DNA from: Mobula hypostoma
Lineage: Eukaryota
Assembly (NCBI RefSeq): GCF_963921235.1
Contig: NC_086097.1
Coordinates: forward strand, 89,778,001-89,842,000
Length of the DNA stretch: 64,000 bases
Direction: 5' to 3'
A program made the position numbers and the translations under genes. Positions within the stretch are counted from its first letter, which is position 1. Each line of letters starts with the position of its first letter. The notes below the pieces were generated by a model that was given only the letters and a program-made list of their open reading frames with translations, was not told the DNA's origin and ran no database searches. Positions 60,469 through 64,000 of the stretch are shown here, piece after piece.

Positions 60469-60718
60469 CTGAGGAGGAAATACTGCAGATCATAATCAGA
60501 GCTATTGAAATAGAGAAGAAGTGGTATCATGCATCTCAGCATGAACACACAGGCATGCATATACAAATGCACTGTGTGCACACAGATACACTCATTCACA
60601 GAGACACAAACTCACATAGAAAGACATGGTCAGACAAATATTAACACACAAAACATAGACCTACATGCATGTGCTTCATACACACATACACAAAACAGAT
60701 AGGCGCACACTCGTGCCC

Positions 60719-60771
60719 ATATACATATATATGCGCATGCGCGCGCGCGCACACCCACACACACGCACGCG

Positions 60772-60811
<40 letters not shown>
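60719..60811. repeat. Alternating purine-pyrimidine tract (TA/CG/CA)
   Basis: Two (CG)5-6 runs plus (CA)n. Confidence 0.9.
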
Positions 60812-61145
60812 TTAGATTCAGGTACATAATCTGATCAATGGTTTCTTGTCCTTGTTTGGCTATATAATTGAATCACAAGTGATCTATATTTTAACTCAAT
60901 GTCCCCAGCTTTGCTTCATGTCTCTTCTTTACTTACCCAACAGAATCCATGAACAGTTTTAGAAGCTGCTAATGACTCCCAGTGACTGTTGTTATTTTTG
61001 GGCAAGCATTCCACGTTCCCACTAACTTTTTCATGGGCAGATGCACCATGCGTTGATTGACTCCTGTCACTGAAGGTATTCACATCATTCCTACCTGGAG
61101 AAGCAAGGCAGCCATTCATGGATTCCCATTTGCCAGAAGGATGTA

Positions 61146-61211
61146 CGGTACTGTGCAGAAGTCTTGAGCACATACTTATAGCTACGGTGCTTAAGACTTT
61201 TGCACAATACG
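61146..61211. mobile_element. 66-bp Tc1 MITE (TIRs of the 25828-26190 family)
   Basis: TA-CGGTACTGTGCAGAAGTCTTGAGCAC...GTGCTTAAGACTTTTGCACAATACG. Confidence 0.8.
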
Positions 61212-61824
61212 GGATTTGTCGACGTGGAGCTGAGAGTGAATCTGGCGGGAGCAAAGGATATTGGGAATGGCGAGGGAGGAGTGGCATGGGAGGGGTGTGG
61301 GACAGGTGGCAGGGAAGTAGTGCCGGGGTGGGGGGGTGTGTTTGGTGTGGGTGCAGACACCCAGCCCTGGGATACCAGGTAAAGCCATTTGATTCCAAAA
61401 ACACAGAACAAAAAGAGTGACAGAAGCAAGGTCAATCTGGAAATAATGGTCACATGACAGGATAGAAGGGTAGTAAAGGTCATCTGATTGCCAAGTAATG
61501 ACCTCACACTTGGGAGCACCAGGGATTGTGCAGGAGGAACATAAGGATAATGCAAATCACGGAGTTTACAGTGGAAAGAGGAAAGATTGTAGCCAGAGGA
61601 AACTTGGGATATGTCAATTCGGTCACCCAATATTCACAATGTGAACATAAGTGCCATTTTGCTTGTGCAACTGTAAGAGTTTTATTGAATAACATTGGCT
61701 TACTGTGTCTTCGTGAAAAAGAAAATGCAGTTTCTCCTGCTCTGGCCTATATGTAACTCCAACATTAAACTAGTATAGTTGATATTTAACTGTCCTACGT
61801 TAACAATGAAGACATCTTTAAAAG

Positions 61825-62488
61825 GCAAGGCCTCTAAAAGGCAATATCCATCATCAAAGATCACGTTACCCAGGACACGCTCACTTCTCATTGCTACCAT
61901 CATGGAGGAGGTACAGGAGCCTGAAGACACACACTCAATGTATTAGGGGCAACTTCTTCCCCTCCGCCATCTGATTGCCGAATGGACAGTGAGCCCATGA
62001 ACACTACCTCACCATTTGTTGTTCTTTTCTGCACTACCTATTTGATGTTCATAATATATAGTTCTTATTGTAAGTTATAGTATATTCTATGTATTGCATT
62101 TTTGGGCAGACAGGGCTTCTCAGCCATGGTTAGCAGATCATCTGGTAGAAGGAAAACTCTGATCTCAAACCTCTTCTGCCTTGCAGCTGTACCCGCTCAT
62201 GGGGAAGGCTTCAAAGTAAACCCCGAGGAAAAGTCCAGAGTCAGAGTCCCTGTATTGGTCTCTGCCATTCTTTTGGATTCATCAGCAGTGGGGAGAGGGG
62301 GAGCTTGCTGCATGGGCAACAGCTTACTCTCCATATTGTGCTGAACTGGCTTGCGTATGACAGAGACAGACAGGGCACAAGATCCACGGTCGCCCTCGCA
62401 GGTATTGCATTGCCTTATGTATTGCAGTGCTGCTGCAAAACAACACATTTCACGACACGTCCGTAATAATCAAACTGATTTGGATTCT
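61825..62488 (+). mobile_element. Rex1/Babar 3' fragment
   Basis: KAISIIKD, LLPSWRRYRSLKTHT; tail aatcaaactgatttggattct. Confidence 0.75.
62101..62401 (+). mobile_element. RTE-related non-autonomous element with 10-bp TSD
   Basis: RTE 5'UTR-like motif agccatggttagcag..agaaggaaaactctgatctcaaacc; TSD GTATTGCATT at 62091-62100 and 62402-62411. Confidence 0.65.
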
Positions 62489-63589
62489 AACAAGCCGCTT
62501 ATCATGCTTTGAATTATGTATTTTTTGGAATGTAAACTTCACTACCAAGGCCAGCATTTATTGCTTACCCATTTCTACTATTAATGTGGCTTACCACCAT
62601 CTTGAGCTGCTGCAGCTCTTTGTGGTGAAGGTACTTTCTTGGTGCTAATGGGGAGGGGGTGACACTTGGACACAGAGATCCAGGTCAGTGCCAAGTGACC
62701 CATTGGTTCTTTTTTCACTGATGCTGTTTTCATGTCGAGGAGGATCCCACAGCATAGCTGGCTGGGGCAACTTCAAAGTCAATCATATTGGTGCAGCCCT
62801 GGAGTCACTTATATGATGCCAAATTTGCCTCCATGAAGGAAATTTGTGCACCAGATGGGCCTTTACTGTAATCTAGTAGTTTGTGGTTACAGTTACTGAG
62901 GCCAACTTTTACGTAAACTTAATTCCTGCCATAATTAACTTAAGTTGCAGAGGTACTGTTGTGGGATTTCAACCCAGGTTGCTGGATTGTATGTCCAGGA
63001 CCCTTGGTTAAAGATCGATTAATTCCACTGTACATGTTACCAATGAACAAGAAAGGTTTTGGAATAGACCAACAAGTGATTTGTCTTTACCACACAGTGT
63101 GTTCTAATTCTGACTAACACACTGACCCTCCCCCACACACCCGTCCTCCTCCACTCCCTCCTTTCCCCAGCTCCACTACTTCCTGCTGATTCAGGCACTC
63201 AAAGCCTGGCGTGCATCCAAGCTGAAGCACAAAGAACACACTTAATCACGAAGATGCTTTAGATTGGCCCTCAAGGACTACTTGTTGTTTTGTGCACTGT
63301 GGAGAATTTTACTGAAGTTTTCTGCTGCAGTAGAGAAGGAGAGCTTAACCCTTTAATATCCATCTAACACCAAGATATGTGCTCAGGACGCTTGGGCCTG
63401 TTTCAAAAGGAGGCTTATGAGCTGATTTAAGTCAGGGCATATTTGCCCTTGTCAGCTTTCCTCTCCCTCTACCACCTTTCTAGGTTGGATCTTATCCAAA
63501 AGCTGCTACCAATGTCTAGACTGACTGCAAGTGCCCTTAGTCACTGACCACACTGATTGTTCCCGTCCACATTGGCAGCAAGTGCCCTT

Positions 63590-64000
63590 TACTCATCACT
63601 GGCCACACTCAATGCCCATGTCAACATTGGTGGCGAGTATCCGTGGGCCATCACTGGCCACACTGGTCACATGTATCTTTGGACCATCACTGGCCATACT
63701 CACTGTCTTACCGCACTGGTTGCATGTATCCTTAGGCCATCGCTGGTTACCCTCCCTGCTCCTGTCCACAGTGGTGGAAAATGTCCTTGGGCCATCATTG
63801 GCCACAATTACTGCCCTGACGACACTGGTGACAAGTATGCTTGGCCCATCACTGGCTGTGCTCACTGACCTCCATTGGTTTCTTGTCCGCTACAACCCAA
63901 GTTGCACAGCTTTACTCACTGCCCTGGTCAACTCTTCGAGCTGTACACTCCTCCTGTTCTGACCTCCCATCTGCTTCATTCGTTGCCCTCCACTGGCCAA
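63590..64000. repeat. Degenerate ~54-bp minisatellite running to the window edge
   Basis: Anchor ccatcactggccacact near 63594, 63648, 63684, 63736, 63792 and 63846. Confidence 0.8.

Noticed and set aside
1..64000. Intact autonomous transposon, endogenous virus or novel multi-gene system
   Set aside because: All RT and transposase frames are interrupted or truncated; no gag/pol/env, viral or clustered novel ORFs were recognisable.

Overview
Eukaryotic, repeat-dominated vertebrate DNA. The repeat complement is CR1 and Rex1/Babar LINEs, Penelope-like elements (PLE), RTE, V-SINE/HE1-like and Deu-domain SINEs, and Tc1; this points to a cartilaginous fish, probably a ray (inference). No intact host CDS, RNA gene or CRISPR array can be supported. 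The ORFs with recognisable protein motifs are transposon fragments; the rest look like antisense or shifted frames of repeats or chance ORFs. Main content: many CR1 fragments, including an almost complete, inactivated ORF2 at 52.9-55.9 kb; Rex1/Babar copies; two RTE fragments; PLE fragments whose 3' ends carry minimal type I hammerhead ribozyme motifs; one two-TIR Tc1 (DD34E) and one rearranged Tc1; Tc1 and hAT MITEs; two solo LTRs; several SINE families; four copies of a ~680-bp non-coding retroelement with a YY1-like head and a stem-loop + (TAATC)n tail; and minisatellites. Several insertions are nested two to three deep. Repeat-free islands may be enhancers or 5' exons of an unidentified minus-strand gene (50.5-51.1 kb, 60.1-60.5 kb). 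Family names come from motif recognition by eye, not database searches, and most boundaries are approximate (+/-10-30 nt) unless a TSD or TIR is quoted.
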